63,889 nt of DNA, filler included, from Klebsormidium nitens (GCA_000708835.1; 6 parts of 6 records of this genome joined end to end with filler, not necessarily neighbours in it), one strand, 5' to 3'; counted from the whole stretch's first letter, positions 11,330-23,937 are shown. Notes: a model not told the origin generated them from the sequence alone. Program-made: numbers and translations.

Positions 11330-12679
11330 ATGGAGATTACCACTCAGGGACGGATTGTGCACCGGAAGGACCTGGACCCCACAACAGTCCGGGAGTTGCG
11401 TTCGAGGTGTACTGCAGTTGGTGTAGTAGACCCATTCACTCAGGTTCCGCCTAGAATCTGCTGCCTGCGGTCTCTGCCGGACGGCCGCCTAGCCTCCCCC
11501 CTGCATGTTCCTCTTGACTCCCTGCGCCTCCCGGAGGCTACAGACGTTAGGCCGCAGCCAGAGCCTCTCTCAGACTTTCCGGCTTTCGAGGGCCGTTTAG
11601 ACATCAGCAGACGCCAGCAGGAGGCATTCGATGCCGTTTTAAAGGCACTTTCAGAGAAGGGTGCTGGAGTGCTCTCCATTCCCGTCGGTTTTGGTAAGAC
11701 CACCGTAGCAATTGCAATTGCATGTCATTTCAAGGTTAAGACCCTGATTGTTGTGCACAAAACGGCTCTACTTGACCAATGGGTTGAGAGGATCCAGACC
11801 TTTGCACCGGGTGCCAGGATAGGCCGAATCCAAGGGCCACTGGTTGATTGCGAGGACAAGCACTTTGTAGTGGGAATGCTGCAATCCCTTAGCACAAAGG
11901 CATACGACCGAAAGGTGCTCGACAGCTTCCATTTGGTCACACTGGACGAATGCCACCACGTTGGTGCTCCAATTTTCTCGAAGGCCTTTGACCGTTTATG
12001 TGTCCGTTACTCTTTGGGCCTCTCTGCCACCCCTGAGAGAAAGGACGGCTTAAAGGACGTCATCAGCTGGTATCTAGGAGAGGTATGCTTCAAAGTGGAG
12101 CGAAAGGATGCCTCCACGGTCGTGGTTGAGCGAATGAAGTACGAGAGCCCCACTTACTCTCGAGAGATTCCCACTTTCCCCAACGGCCAGCCGGCCCTCT
12201 ATAGAATGATCGAGACGCTCTGCTCGGACCAACGGCGCAACAGCTTGCTGGTCGAGAAGGCTTCTTCCATCACGCGTGATAAGAGCGTCTCTCTCTTGAT
12301 CCTTTCTGAACGGAGGGCACATTGCGCAGAGCTTAAGGAGGCTCTTTGCAAGCTGCACATCAGCGCAGGACTGTTTCTTGGAGGTTGCAAAAAGGAGGAG
12401 CTCGAGGCAGTCGCTCAGGAGTGCCAGGTCATCTTGGCAACATATTCGATGGCAGCAGAGGGCCTGGATATTTCAAGACTTAATGCTTTGATTCTGGCAA
12501 CCCCCAAGGGCGACGTGCGGCAGTCTGTGGGGAGGATCATGAGGAGCACTGGTGCCACGGCACTGATAGTGGATATGGTTGACAATTGGGGACCTTTTGC
12601 AGCTTTCGCAAGAAAGAGAGATTGCTTCTACAGAAAGAGTGGATTCTCATCCACCGCACCCTGTATGATCAGGGTTTAG
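11330..12679 (+). CDS. A18: Superfamily 2 helicase, poxvirus A18-like (NCLDV)
   Basis: Intact intronless ORF: Walker A 'PVGFGKT', 'LDECHH', 'GLSATPERKDGL', 'QSVGRIMR'. Confidence 0.9.
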   Translation: MEITTQGRIVHRKDLDPTTVRELRSRCTAVGVVDPFTQVPPRICCLRSLPDGRLASPLHVPLDSLRLPEATDVRPQPEPLSDFPAFEGRLDISRRQQEAFDAVLKALSEKGAGVLSIPVGFGKTTVAIAIACHFKVKTLIVVHKTALLDQWVERIQTFAPGARIGRIQGPLVDCEDKHFVVGMLQSLSTKAYDRKVLDSFHLVTLDECHHVGAPIFSKAFDRLCVRYSLGLSATPERKDGLKDVISWYLGEVCFKVERKDASTVVVERMKYESPTYSREIPTFPNGQPALYRMIETLCSDQRRNSLLVEKASSITRDKSVSLLILSERRAHCAELKEALCKLHISAGLFLGGCKKEELEAVAQECQVILATYSMAAEGLDISRLNALILATPKGDVRQSVGRIMRSTGATALIVDMVDNWGPFAAFARKRDCFYRKSGFSSTAPCMIRV

Positions 12680-12948
12680 GACGGGTCCGTTCTATGTGCC
12701 ATGCACTTCTCTCAAAGTTGGTGACTCCTAGTGACAAGCCACATGCGACTGGGAGGAAATTTGTGAAACACGTGAATGCATGAATGAGGCAGATGAAGAT
12801 GATGACGCTTGTTTGACTGAGTTCTTTTGCCGCTTGCTTACAACTTATACAAACCGTACTCCTAACCGCCCATCAACGGAGAGTATAAGCCTGTCTCCAT
12901 CACAAAGTCTACAAAACGTTCCGTCTTACGCCGAGTCCAACACAAACC

Positions 12949-14109
12949 TTAATCTATGGCAACTGTGAACCTAACATAGGCAGGTAAAACACTGGTTGGA
13001 TCATGACAGTCAATGTCATACCAGCCTTCGTCACCATCATCGCTCAGGCCTGCAGAGAACGCCAACCGCTTGCCCTCCTTACAGACTTCTATTGCCGCTT
13101 CTATTAGCTCATTATCAACCTCACGATCCATATCCCCAACTAGAAAGCCAGCTCGTATTGTGGTGCGCATGCGCAGCTGCTGCCCAGTCAATTTTTCAAA
13201 CAACCTGGCATCTGCTACAGCTCTGAAAAGCCTTACAGCTCGGTGATACTTCAGAGGGTCAGGGTCCGGGCCTCTATCCGACCCTGCCATGTCGTGAAGA
13301 CTCGCTTCTGCCACATCCAGACGCGACTGCAATGCTGACTTTAGGTCAGCCACTTGCTCTGCAGAGAGTGCTTTCATTTCCGCTTCTCTGAGCACCCCCT
13401 CATAGTCCCCGACCAGATGCTTCCCCTCAAACTCCAACCCTCGCACCCATAGGCCTATTGTTTCCCGGGTCGAGGTTCGCGTTGCATACCAGAAGTTGTA
13501 ACATCGTGTGTCCACTCGCCAACCCTCAACCAACCCCATCATGACTCTCAAGTACCTCGTCTCATCCTCCAAACGCAGTGGCCCATCAATATCCTCAAAA
13601 TCAAACCCAAACAAAGGTGAGGCGATCCTGTATCTGAGTTCCAGCACTCTGGCGTTGTATTCTGCTTTGAGGATTGGCTTCAGACGGCACAAAAGTTCCT
13701 CGTCGTGGCCTTCCAAGTCACATTCTCCATTAAAGTCTTGCCAAGCCTGTGCAAGTCTGGCTTGGACCCTCTTCCGCCACTCTTCCAAGGATACATCATG
13801 TAACCTTTGTCCAAAGTCCTCTGCTGCACTACCTTGGGCCAGGCGTGCTTGGAGTACAGCTTTTAAGAACTCATCCTGCAGCAATGCAGGATTGCTAACC
13901 ACCCGATTGACGAACGCATCAAGCGACTCGTAGCTTCCCATGTCTCCTCTCAACAATTCCCAAATGCGGTTCACCCTGCTGGCCCCCGCCTGGCTCCGCC
14001 ACACCAAGCTCACCACCCACCTGCGCCACCACAGCCTGCTGCTCGCCCCGGTTCTTGCAAGCACTTCTCTCGATTGCTGCAACGTCTGGCCACTCGAATC
14101 GTCCTCCAC
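12949..14109 (-). CDS. Hypothetical protein, 386 aa, no recognised domain; true start uncertain
   Basis: Long intronless ORF with protein-like composition inside the viral block. Confidence 0.5.
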   Translation of the reverse strand: MEDDSSGQTLQQSREVLARTGASSRLWWRRWVVSLVWRSQAGASRVNRIWELLRGDMGSYESLDAFVNRVVSNPALLQDEFLKAVLQARLAQGSAAEDFGQRLHDVSLEEWRKRVQARLAQAWQDFNGECDLEGHDEELLCRLKPILKAEYNARVLELRYRIASPLFGFDFEDIDGPLRLEDETRYLRVMMGLVEGWRVDTRCYNFWYATRTSTRETIGLWVRGLEFEGKHLVGDYEGVLREAEMKALSAEQVADLKSALQSRLDVAEASLHDMAGSDRGPDPDPLKYHRAVRLFRAVADARLFEKLTGQQLRMRTTIRAGFLVGDMDREVDNELIEAAIEVCKEGKRLAFSAGLSDDGDEGWYDIDCHDPTSVLPAYVRFTVAID

Positions 14110-14149
14110 CTGCCCCGCTCCTGGTTACCCTGTTTACCAAGAGCCCCTT

Positions 14150-14342
14150 GCTCCTTGTGCGCTTGCCATACGGTCTCGGATCTGAGCGTCCAGAATGTCC
14201 AACGAGTAGACGTTCTTGAACGGAGAGTCGAAGTCGAGCCTGAACTGGCCCGGCGTCGGCCACACCGTCCTGTCGCGATGACCTGCATCGACGTGAAGCT
14301 GACTTCCTCGGCATTCCTCTTGAGGTAGTCAATGTCTTCCAT
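14150..14342 (-). pseudogene. N-terminal fragment of a conserved giant-virus hypothetical protein (MEDIDYLK..RD..P....F.L.F..PFKNV..LD family)
   Basis: MEDIDYLKRNAEEVSF, then after a frameshift VDAGHRDRTVWPTPGQFRLDFDSPFKNVYSLDILDAQI. Resembles an algal/mesomimivirus family recalled as DUF5901; truncated. Confidence 0.55.
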
Positions 14343-14568
14343 ACACTCCATTCAGAGCCCAAATAAATGAGTGCTGCTTTCACGCGTGAGTATGTACACA
14401 AGTTAGTAGCAAGTGTGTCTCTCCATTGTTCCAAGACCTTCCGCAGAGTACTTGTATTGATGTTGTACTTCTCTGAATGCTGCGCCTGTTTAAGGCTATC
14501 CAATCCTCCTGTAGAGCGAATCGCCTTGACTACATCGTCTGTGATTTTATCAAAAGGGTGCGCCCCCC

Positions 14569-15096
14569 GTGCCGGATCCAATCGATGGACACATGAATTG
14601 GTGTGTCTTTTATTCGTCGGCAATCAACACGATGCCTCGTTGCCTGTGCAGGGTGCCGACTGCCGCATTGCCGCACCGCAGCACCGGCATACGACTGAAG
14701 GAAGAGCAGTGGGTCTACGCAATCAAGTGCAACTCGAGGTTCTATCGAAGCACACACCTTATGGACTCAATCTCCATGAGCTCCGTAGTCGTATTCCAGA
14801 AGCAATGCGTCGCGGAGCGCATGCTGAATGATCTCCGCTACATCACGGATATCAGGGGGGTCGACTGCCGTCCTACGCAATTGATAATGCAAACTTCCGT
14901 GCATGCGACCCATGTGAATGCTCCCCTTCCAGAGGGTGCCATCCTGGAGATCTATCCCACCATGGTTGGCATTATTGCTGAGTACCCGCATTCCAACTGC
15001 CTCGACCTCGACATCATCACTGGAGATGCGGATGTAGAAGGCACTAGCAAGATCGTGAGCTGTCCTCGTCCTCTGGATAGATCTCTAACCACATAG
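14569..15096 (+). CDS. Hypothetical protein (virus-like orphan)
   Basis: 175-aa intronless ORF divergent from the viral fragment at 14342; no motif recognised. Confidence 0.35.
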   Translation: MPDPIDGHMNWCVFYSSAINTMPRCLCRVPTAALPHRSTGIRLKEEQWVYAIKCNSRFYRSTHLMDSISMSSVVVFQKQCVAERMLNDLRYITDIRGVDCRPTQLIMQTSVHATHVNAPLPEGAILEIYPTMVGIIAEYPHSNCLDLDIITGDADVEGTSKIVSCPRPLDRSLTT

Positions 15097-16592
15097 GGAT
15101 CCCTAGATACATATGTATTTGCAACTTCCGCTGGCTCAGAAAAGTCGTCCTATGAGTACTATTGGGGTTCTTCTGTCTTTGGTACCGTGAACTACAGCAG
15201 TTCTGACCACATGTGACATAGTATTGACCTGATATACAGGTTTGAGTCCTGAGCATCAAGTATATTACATCCATACCACATAAGGTCCCTAGGTAGGTAT
15301 GTAGCTGCAACTTGCTGCGGGCTCAAAGAAGTTGTACTACGAATGTTCACAAACATATGGGCCAAGCACCGAGTACTGACCAAGCACCGACTTTTTGACG
15401 GTTATGTAAGGAGGCCAACTCAGCAGGCCCAGCAGTTCTTGCTTAACAGCTGGAAGCTACGTTTTGCTGGTCAGTGGTCAGATGCTCGCAAGGATCGATG
15501 CGCTATGGTACAACCACCCAAAAACGAATGGCAATCGCACCTGTAGCAGATGAGACGGGCTAAACTGAGCGGATGAAAGGAAAAAGGAAGCATCCAGTCT
15601 TGCTATAACCTTGACAGCAATGTTAATCAATCTAACTTTGCATCAACCTGTGCGCTTCTCAGGAGGACTTTCGAAGGGGGGAGAACACCTTCCGGCTGGC
15701 TCCCTACAGCCACACCTTCGAGGCCACTGTCTTGGGACCCAAAAAGCCGGCCATGAAGGCCAAACGTTACTTGACAAGACGCAAGACCGGAAAGGTGACT
15801 CAAGTTTGCAGTGTTTCACGGGTGAACGAGCTTGCAGAGTAAAGACGCTCACACACAGAGAGAGCGGACCTTGGAACCTCGTTAGTCCCCTGCCTCGCTC
15901 TTGGCTGAGCTGTGCAGCCCCTGGACGTCACGTGGTATTTCAGATACATGAGGCTCCTCTAAGGGGCCCTCGACATGGTCTAGGTTCAGGAAGTCCACCA
16001 TGTCTTGCCTATCTCCTGTGAGTGACCATCTGCAAGAAAGGCAGCTTCTATGCAGATACATCAGTGTGTTTATGTCGTACTTTGAAACCTTCGTCCTCCG
16101 GAAGAGTTTGGCATAAGTGGTCGACTCAATTGGAAAGAAGTCAGTCTGTCATGCGCTTGCAAGGGCCATTGAGCTCAGAAGTTTGCAAGAGTTAAGGACT
16201 CTGGCCGCAATCAACGCGGCAGGCGGGCTCCCGCCGTTATATCAGGTTTGCAAGCTGTAAAGCAATGCCAGCATTGTGTGCGAATGAGGATGATAACGAC
16301 AGTCTGGCAACAGTGAATGCCAGCAGGTTGTGGAGAACTGTAGAGAACAAAAGGGAGAGCCGACGAACTTCGAATTTAAAGAGCTCGCAGGCTAAGCATC
16401 TGCGTAGAAGGTTCACAGCAGCCGATCCATCGTAACTCCCTGTGAATGTACCCTATGCTTTTTCCAGTGGTCAAGAAAACTTCTCCAACTTGGAGGCACA
16501 GCATGCACTCTCACTCATCAAAACAAGGGGGCTCTACAATGTTAGCCAAAGAAACTTTAACAAAAGCCCTATCTTAACACCTGCACAAAACG

Positions 16593-19500
16593 TCACCTGG
16601 TAATGTCCTCCATGCTGAGCTGGCGCGACGTCCTCTGCAGACAAGCATCCCTCTCGAAGGCTTTCTGACTAGGCGCATGCTTCTGGTCACTTGAAGGGCC
16701 TGGATCTCTGACACATGAGGAGCCGGAGCTAACAGTTGATCGGGACCCTTCGGATGTGGCGAATATGTCTTTGTACAAAGAGCTCGGCTTTTGACACTCG
16801 TTCACGCTCTGTTACACGGAGGAATTTGGCTAGGCTGTAAGTGGGGACAGCTTAAGACCAAAAGAAAGGCACATGAACGAGGACAGGGAAAGCGCAGAGA
16901 ACGCGCAATCAAAGCTGGTAGAAAAGAAGGCAACAAGGTCCAAAAACAGGTAGGTTATATTGCAGAGCAGACGAGCAGATTACTTCGCAAGTTCCTTGAA
17001 AGTAGAGAGGCACAAGCCGTCAGACAAGAAGATGTGTGAAACAGGAGCAAGAAATCAAATAGAACGATAGAATGGCCGAAGAAGCCTCCTAATCCGTTCA
17101 CAGGCAGCTTCGAAAATGCTTAAAGGGGAGCTTCTCAGTCTTCAGAATCATCATTCATGATGGGGTCACCGAGTACAACATGACGATTCCTTACAATCAG
17201 GGGAATGCCCGCCAGCTGGAGTGCCATTCCTTGCATTCCACGCAACTCTAAGAACGGAAACAACAAGCCTTAGCAATGTTCCCCTGAAATCCTGCCAAGG
17301 GAGATCCAATGGATACATTAAGGTGACCTACCAGATGGCCGTCAGGAGCCCTGCAGAGCACAATGACGTCACCAGCTTGCAGGCCTCTGGATTGGATGAA
17401 GTCAGCGGTGTGCTCAAATACATAGATCCGGCTTCTGTTGTTAGGCCAGAATCTGGGCGGAGGAAGGGGAAGGACTGACAATCAGAAGTCATGGATATTT
17501 CAAATGCTGCACTGCCTCTTGTGGAACTGAAGAGCAGACACTTACTCCACAAGAATGAGTCAATGCTTTTAAACTCGATTGGATCCATGACACGATTCCA
17601 ATACCTTTAAGTTGTTTGTCACTCCATATACCTCCACCCGAGATAAATCGACGTGTACTAGAACGAAGCTGCCAAACACGGACGCTTGCGAATGCATTTG
17701 CCGTTGCCTCCCATACACCGCCCATAGACTCATGGGGAACTGGACAATGCATCAGAATATAATTCATAGCACAAAGGAGATTTGATTCTCTTACACAAAG
17801 GGACAACAGACACCAGAAGTAGCCAGCCAAGACATACAAATGTCAAACACGTTTCTAAGGTGACAATGAAGACAAAGTGATAGGAAGACCGGCCTGTAGC
17901 GCAGCTCCCAATTCCTCCCATCTGCATCCTCCACAGTCATTGGGCCTCCTTCCTTTTCCAGCACCTTGGGCAGGTGAAGCTCAGCTTGGGTCTGCACAGA
18001 AACTTTGTTCCTAAAAACCAGAGTACAATATGAAGAGAAAGCTTTTAATCTACGAAGTTCTTCCTTTCAGATGCTCCTTCTTCTATATGGGAGCCTCAGC
18101 AATAAGCAAAAGTGGTTCAGATTGGTTCTGTAGAGAATGAGGAGAGAACCTTCACATTCAAGGGCCTTCTTTTATTAAGATTTGGACCTTCAGTCATGAA
18201 AAGCTCCAATGAGGAGAAGAAACCTTAGCGAAGAGCAACCTCCGTGTGAGCAGCTGTGAACAGAAGCTGGGACTCGATATTGAAAGCTGCGTCTTTCACA
18301 TGTCCTTGGGCGAGGAAGAGGAAGTGAAATTGTTCATAAACATCACAATCAACGAGACTCCCTGCAAAGTAGAGCTGCAGTTCAGGGCCCTTCAGAAATT
18401 GTTTACTTCATGTACGTTATGAGCTTTCTGCTCCAGAAGGAAAGAGGGACAGGGACAGGAACTGGTGGTAAAGAGATGCCTGGAAGGCCAGTGTCCAACC
18501 AAGAAGGCCTGTATCAAGCTCATTAGTTCGTCAATTGCAGCAAGGATAAGGGAAGCGCCATACCTTTGGCAGAATGATCCGCCCCAGGGGACTTGTATCA
18601 CTAGCGGTGAGTACCTTCTCAAAGAGTACGTACCAGGCAGCTGCGTCTGCTGGTTGGGGCCTGACCAGCTGGCGGACCCACTGCATCAATCTGCAAGAGG
18701 GATCAGATACATCTGTTGTGATTGTATCAGGAGCACAGTGGCATCGAGACAACTTGGAATTAAGGCTGCGAGCCTGCAATTGAGATGATGTCGACCTACC
18801 TTCCAAGGTGAACCTGTCTGACTTGACACCTGACAAACTCACCGGCCGATGACAGAGCAACCAAGTATCCAACTGTGACCTTTTAGAGGAGCAGCAAAGA
18901 CATCCAAAAGTCTGTCTTTTTGAAAGCAAAAAGCCTGAGTATGCTGTTTGCCAGTCACCTTTTGAGAACGTCAATGAGCTCTGAGACTTGATAAGCAATG
19001 CACCTACCTCTCTTCTGGTGTTTTGGCCGTGAGCTAGCTCCCCTCATGTGAGACGCCAGGACCGTTCGAGGCGTCCAAGATGGCTGACCTTTCGGCGATC
19101 TCGGACCTGCCTTCTCATCGCTTGCCCTAGTGTCTTTTGGAGGAAAGACAGGCACGTTCTCGAGAGGGGGATTAGCGGAGGAGTTGAAGAAGTAACTGGG
19201 GCTCAACCCGAGACTGGGGGTTGGCCACGATTCGAAGGCCATGCACGGGCTATAAGAAGGGTTTGCGCTCTGGAGGTTGCCTTTTTCGCTTTGCAGCAAA
19301 TCAAAAATATCTGTGCCCACATCACAGCCGATTGGCTGCCCCAATCCGCTTGACATTACTGGCAGCGTGCTTTGCTGTGAAGGAGGGGGGTTGCTCCTCT
19401 CAAAGTTGAGGTCAGATATGCCCCCCCACCCGCCAGCATTCACTGGGAGGTACGCCGCCAGTGCTTCTGAGTTTGGGGAGGGGCCTCCTGCAGCCCGTTC

Positions 19501-21505
19501 GGGATTCCCCACTGAGCACCCTCTAGCTCGTTGGCCCCCATGTCAAATTCTAGGTGGAGGGAGGCAGGGCATGGGTCAGCTGAATTGTCATGGAGACTTA
19601 TCGCCTGTTCTTTTAGGAGGGGGGCGTTGTTGGCGCCAGGGGAGGGCAGCTCGTCCACATTGTTGGTGGACTGCTCCTGGCGGTACTTCTTGCACAGCTC
19701 CACCAACTTTCGGACCTGGCCACACAAGCCAGACTTCAGCCGGACATCCAGAAAAGCACGCTATCGTGCTCTGAGGAGATGAATGAATCAGAGAAACAAG
19801 AGCTGAGCAGGAAACAAGCGCAGAAAAACACACAACTTGCGCTGGGACTCCACTTTGAAATGATAAGAGTTGCAGAAGCACTACTCAAGAATATACACAA
19901 AGCTTCCATCGATCGCTGGTCCTTTATCGAATAAAGAGGAGGACTCAAACAAGGCCGTCCTCGGTGTAGTAACGCCGAAGCACATTGGATCCTTTCTTTG
20001 CGCTGCATGCTCTATCAACAACAGGGAAACTCTACGAAAGGGAGAGAAGCAATCAGTAATCGACTGCCATAAGAAACGACCGAGCCAGTTCGCGGTCAAC
20101 TTTGTTGAGAGCTGGTTCATGCCAGATGGCTGTCGAAGGGATAAGGACAACAAAATCCCGGAAAACCAAGGCCAACATGCATATACAAAGAAAGCTACTC
20201 AATTACCTTCGTCGGATCCAAGTCCTTCAGCTTCCGACCCAGAACTCTTCGCAAATTGTCGGCATTTGCAAGACGTGCCATCTCCAGGGAGACCCTGCCC
20301 TGTCCTGCAAGAACGCTGCTCTTGCTGCTGCCATCCGAGACTGCTTCCACCACACTCATTTTTGCTGCATCAGGGTGCGCTTGCGGGGGCTCTGCCTTCG
20401 CGCCACATGCGCCTACCACGGGCTTTGGGCAGAGCGCCGCGGGTGGGCCGTTTGGCCACAAGCCCATTCCCGCTGGACCGAAAAAGGGGGGTCCCCATGG
20501 GGGGGATGAGTAAGAGGAGGGGGGGTGGAAGGGGCCGAGAGAAGCGTTGCCCACAAGCGCAGGCTGCGCTGCATTGAGGCTCTGTAGGGCGGCCTCGCTG
20601 CAGATCCCTGAGAAGGGATTGTGGAGCCCTAGCCAGGCGGGCTGCCCGCTGGCTTTTGTGTTTGGTAATGTCCGAAACCTCTTCGGACGGTGGTTGGAGA
20701 TCCACTTCTTGAGCTGCTTGATGTCCATGCCCATGTCAGTGCAAAGGACATGTGCTTCGTCCATTGCTTCGATCCCTGAGCCAATCCATTTGACTTTGGA
20801 CCTAAATGAGCGCAGCTCCTTTTGCTGCTGGGGGGTAAAGCGCATCCGCTGGCTGACTCCCCCAGCTGAGGTGAGTGGGACCTTGAAGCTGCGAAGGGAG
20901 AGGGGCGCCGGAACGTGGTTGTAGGGACCCTTCTCCTTGAACTGCTGCTGGCCCCTCTCCTTGAAGCTGTTCGAGCGGAAGTGTGCTCCTGAAGAGCAAC
21001 GGTGAGAGCTGGCTGGCCTTTTGGGGAGGAAACTGTGGTTTGACCGCATCCTCTCCAGAGAGGCTCTCCTCCCATCTGCCCCGCCCCACAGCTCAGGCGC
21101 CGTCAGCTTGGACCCCCCCAGCGCCTCCGCCTTCGCAGCCTTCACCTCGCTGCTGCAAGAACGTGCGCTCCCAAAACTGTCCAGGCTGTGCTCATCCAAC
21201 AGCGGGTTTTTGATCACCATGCCCGTCACAATCTCCTGATCCACCTCCATCAGAGTCAGATGTGACCTCTGGTCGGTTGTCATTTCCACTCCCACGTCCT
21301 TCTTCTCCAACCCCGTCCCCTGGCTCTCCCTCTCATCTGTGCTGTCATAGTTTTTCAACTGGGCCTTCACCCCCTTGCTTCCTTTTGGCTCCCCCTCATT
21401 TTCCAGGGGAGGTCTCGACATTGCGCTGTCCATCTCTCCGTTCCCAGGGGCCTCACCAGGGGCCTCAAACTCGTTCCACAACAGGATCTCAGACAGCACG
21501 TCCAT
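16593..21505 (-). CDS. Intron-rich plant transcription factor: ZF-HD-type homeodomain-like region + LAV-family (ABI3/VAL) B3 domain; gene ends uncertain
   Basis: B3 split over exons ending 18564 ([21 protein letters not shown]|), 17894-17991 ([21 protein letters not shown]|) and 17332-17452 ([18 protein letters not shown]). Homeodomain-like '[38 protein letters not shown]' at ~20675-20850. Joining of both into one transcript is inferred from strand and proximity. Confidence 0.75.
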
Positions 21506-23345
21506 GCTTGCCAGGCGGGGGCGTTCGCAGGATCAGGTAGGGCCAATTCCGGCACTCATAGTTTTGGCTCCCTAGCGGCATGGTAAAAAGAAAAGTTTTT
21601 GGCGTTCTTGGTTGGGGTCGAACCCAAGACCTTCCCGTAGGTCCGTGGACCCGGAGATTTTGAANNNNNNNNNNNNNNNNNNNNNNNNNNNNNNNNNNNN
21701 NNNNNNNNNNNNNNNNNNNNNNNNNNNNNNNNNNNNNNNNNNNNNNNNNNNNNNNNNNNNNNNNNNNNNNNNNNNNNNNNNNNNNNNNNNNNNNNNNNNN
21801 NNNNNNNNNNNNNNNNNNNNNNNNNNNNNNNNNNNNNNNNNNNNNNNNNNNNNNNNNNNNNNNNNNNNNNNNNNNNNNNNNNNNNNNNNNNNNNNNNNNN
21901 NNNNNNNNNNNNNNNNNNNNNNNNNNNNNNNNNNNNNNNNNNNNNNNNNNNNNNNNNNNNNNNNNNNNNNNNNNNNNNNNNNNNNNNNNNNNNNNNNNNN
22001 NNNNNNNNNNNNNNNNNNNNNNNNNNNNNNNNNNNNNNNNNNNNNNNNNNNNNNNNNNNNNNNNNNNNNNNNNNNNNNNNNNNNNNNNNNNNNNNNNNNN
22101 NNNNNNNACTTTTTGGGCCCCGCTTCATTCACTGTTCTTTCCCACCCCTCCCCCTTGACATCTTTGTCAAGAGCAGACTCTACTTCTGCCAGCATTGCAT
22201 CTCCCCATTCAGCCAGCTGTACCGCGGCCTCTGCTGTTGTGAGGGAAGGCTTTGCAGAGCCCCCAGGATCCGCTATGCTCTCCTGAGCCACCCCGGTCCA
22301 TAGCCCTCCAGGCGCGCTTCCTCCTTTGGGTTGTCTGCTGCTCAGTTCGCTGGGGGCCTCTGAGGGCTCTGGCATGCACCTATGCTGGCGACTTTGAAGT
22401 TCTCGAATCAAGCTGGAACCAGCAAGAGCCAATCCTGCAATATACGAAAGCGATGGGGTTGAGCAGAGATGGAACATGATCTGGATAATATGGGATCGGT
22501 CCAGAGAGAGCTGTTCAGGATAGAAGGCTTGTGGGGTATGAAAAAAACAGAGGCAACCACAGTTTTGTGACCATGTATCATAGGGATTCTGCACAACGCA
22601 CCTTCCTTTTCGTAACTAAGTTGCAGATAAAAAAGCAATTTGGACACATGCACAGCAAGTTTTGAGACAGGGTAAATTTCAAATGAGCAATTAATGCAAG
22701 CGACAGGACCAGCCCTTATCCCCAGGGACTTTGTTGATTATGGCCAAACCGCCCACAGCTCTATGAAGACACAATTGAGGCTTTGAAAGGAAACATCCAG
22801 GACACCAGAGCCAAGATGAATGCAGAAGATGAAGAGCCACACTCACCAATACACGAAGTTGTATTCGATGCTGGAGGGAGGGAGACAATCTTCCTCCAGC
22901 AAGCCTCCCTCGGGCCCTTAGTAGGTTCTCTCACTTCCGTACCCCCAGGCTTCAGCCCTCTCTGCAATAAGCATGCGCTAAGGACAGATACTGTAACGTG
23001 TTATGGATGGTGGTGTGGTCCTAGCTATTTGAGGGGAACCTACAAGCTGCAGTTAGAGCGCAAGTCCTATATCCGGCTTGGCTTCGTTCCTCTGCAATCT
23101 CCTTGGTGCTTTTTAAAAGGCCTACAGGACATACTTTGCCAGGACGTAGATGAGCTTCTGCAGGCCGCAGAACAACCCAAGGCTCCTGAACTCCTCATCA
23201 CGGTCTGCGTAAGACTCATATTGTTGAGGCAACGGCACGTCCATTACTGCACAGTGAGATCATGAGAGAAAATAAAATGAGCCCGAGTGCGGACAACGGG
23301 GGGCGTTTACTTTCACCATTTAAGCCAACTATGGAGGCAAGCCGG

Positions 23346-23846
23346 ATGAGCACCAAGGAAGTCTACCTGGACGAAGACACTCTCAAGGTCCCTGGCCTTG
23401 CCTTTGCCATCATCTCTTTCGTTGGACCTCAGGGGGCTCAAAAGTGCGATCACTTTGGCCTGAAGATAAGAGGTGCTTTCGAGACCTACGAACAGGCCAG
23501 CGAGCATGCCAAGAGGCTCTCGAAGGTTGACCCGGCATTCGACGTCTACGTGGTGGACATGTACAGGTGGATCTCAGCCCCCCCCGACCCCAACCTAATC
23601 AACAAGAAGGTCTATAACGATCCGACCCTAAACACCCTGATGGAGTCCTATGAGGAGGAGCAGAAGAGGGCAAAGGAGATTTTCGACGAGAGGAAGGCCA
23701 TCGTCATGAAGGACGGCTTGGAAGCCCTTCCCCAAGAGGAATCCCTGCCGACCATCACCGAGGTGGACCCCAAGGAGGCCTCCTCCTCGCAAGAGGCCTC
23801 CTCCTCGCGTGAGACCCCGGGAGCAGAGGGGGATGCCACCCAATAA
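23346..23846 (+). CDS. Conserved NCLDV hypothetical protein (LDED..VPG..FA.ISFVGP..QK..GLKIRG.F family, recalled as DUF5832)
   Basis: 'YLDEDTLKVPGLAFAIISFVGPQGAQKCDHFGLKIRGAFETYEQASEHAKRL..FDVYVVDMYRW..PP' closely resembles a core algal-virus protein. Confidence 0.78.
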   Translation: MSTKEVYLDEDTLKVPGLAFAIISFVGPQGAQKCDHFGLKIRGAFETYEQASEHAKRLSKVDPAFDVYVVDMYRWISAPPDPNLINKKVYNDPTLNTLMESYEEEQKRAKEIFDERKAIVMKDGLEALPQEESLPTITEVDPKEASSSQEASSSRETPGAEGDATQ

Positions 23847-23937
23847 TCACTCTACCTACATATAAGGTATGGCAACCGAGAGGGACGAGCCTGTGGTGCT
23901 TGTTTAAAAGGTGCTACGCAGTCCAAAGATCCTGGCA

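Noticed and set aside
21598-21664. tRNA-like 3' half on the minus strand (GGTTCGACCCC..AAGAACGCCA)
   Set aside because: T-loop is 6 nt, no convincing D/anticodon arms, and cut by a gap; at most a SINE-like or tRNA-derived remnant.
22783-23265. 160-aa plus-strand ORF as a viral gene
   Set aside because: No motif; a competing short minus-strand frame looks equally plausible; likely spans the host-virus junction.
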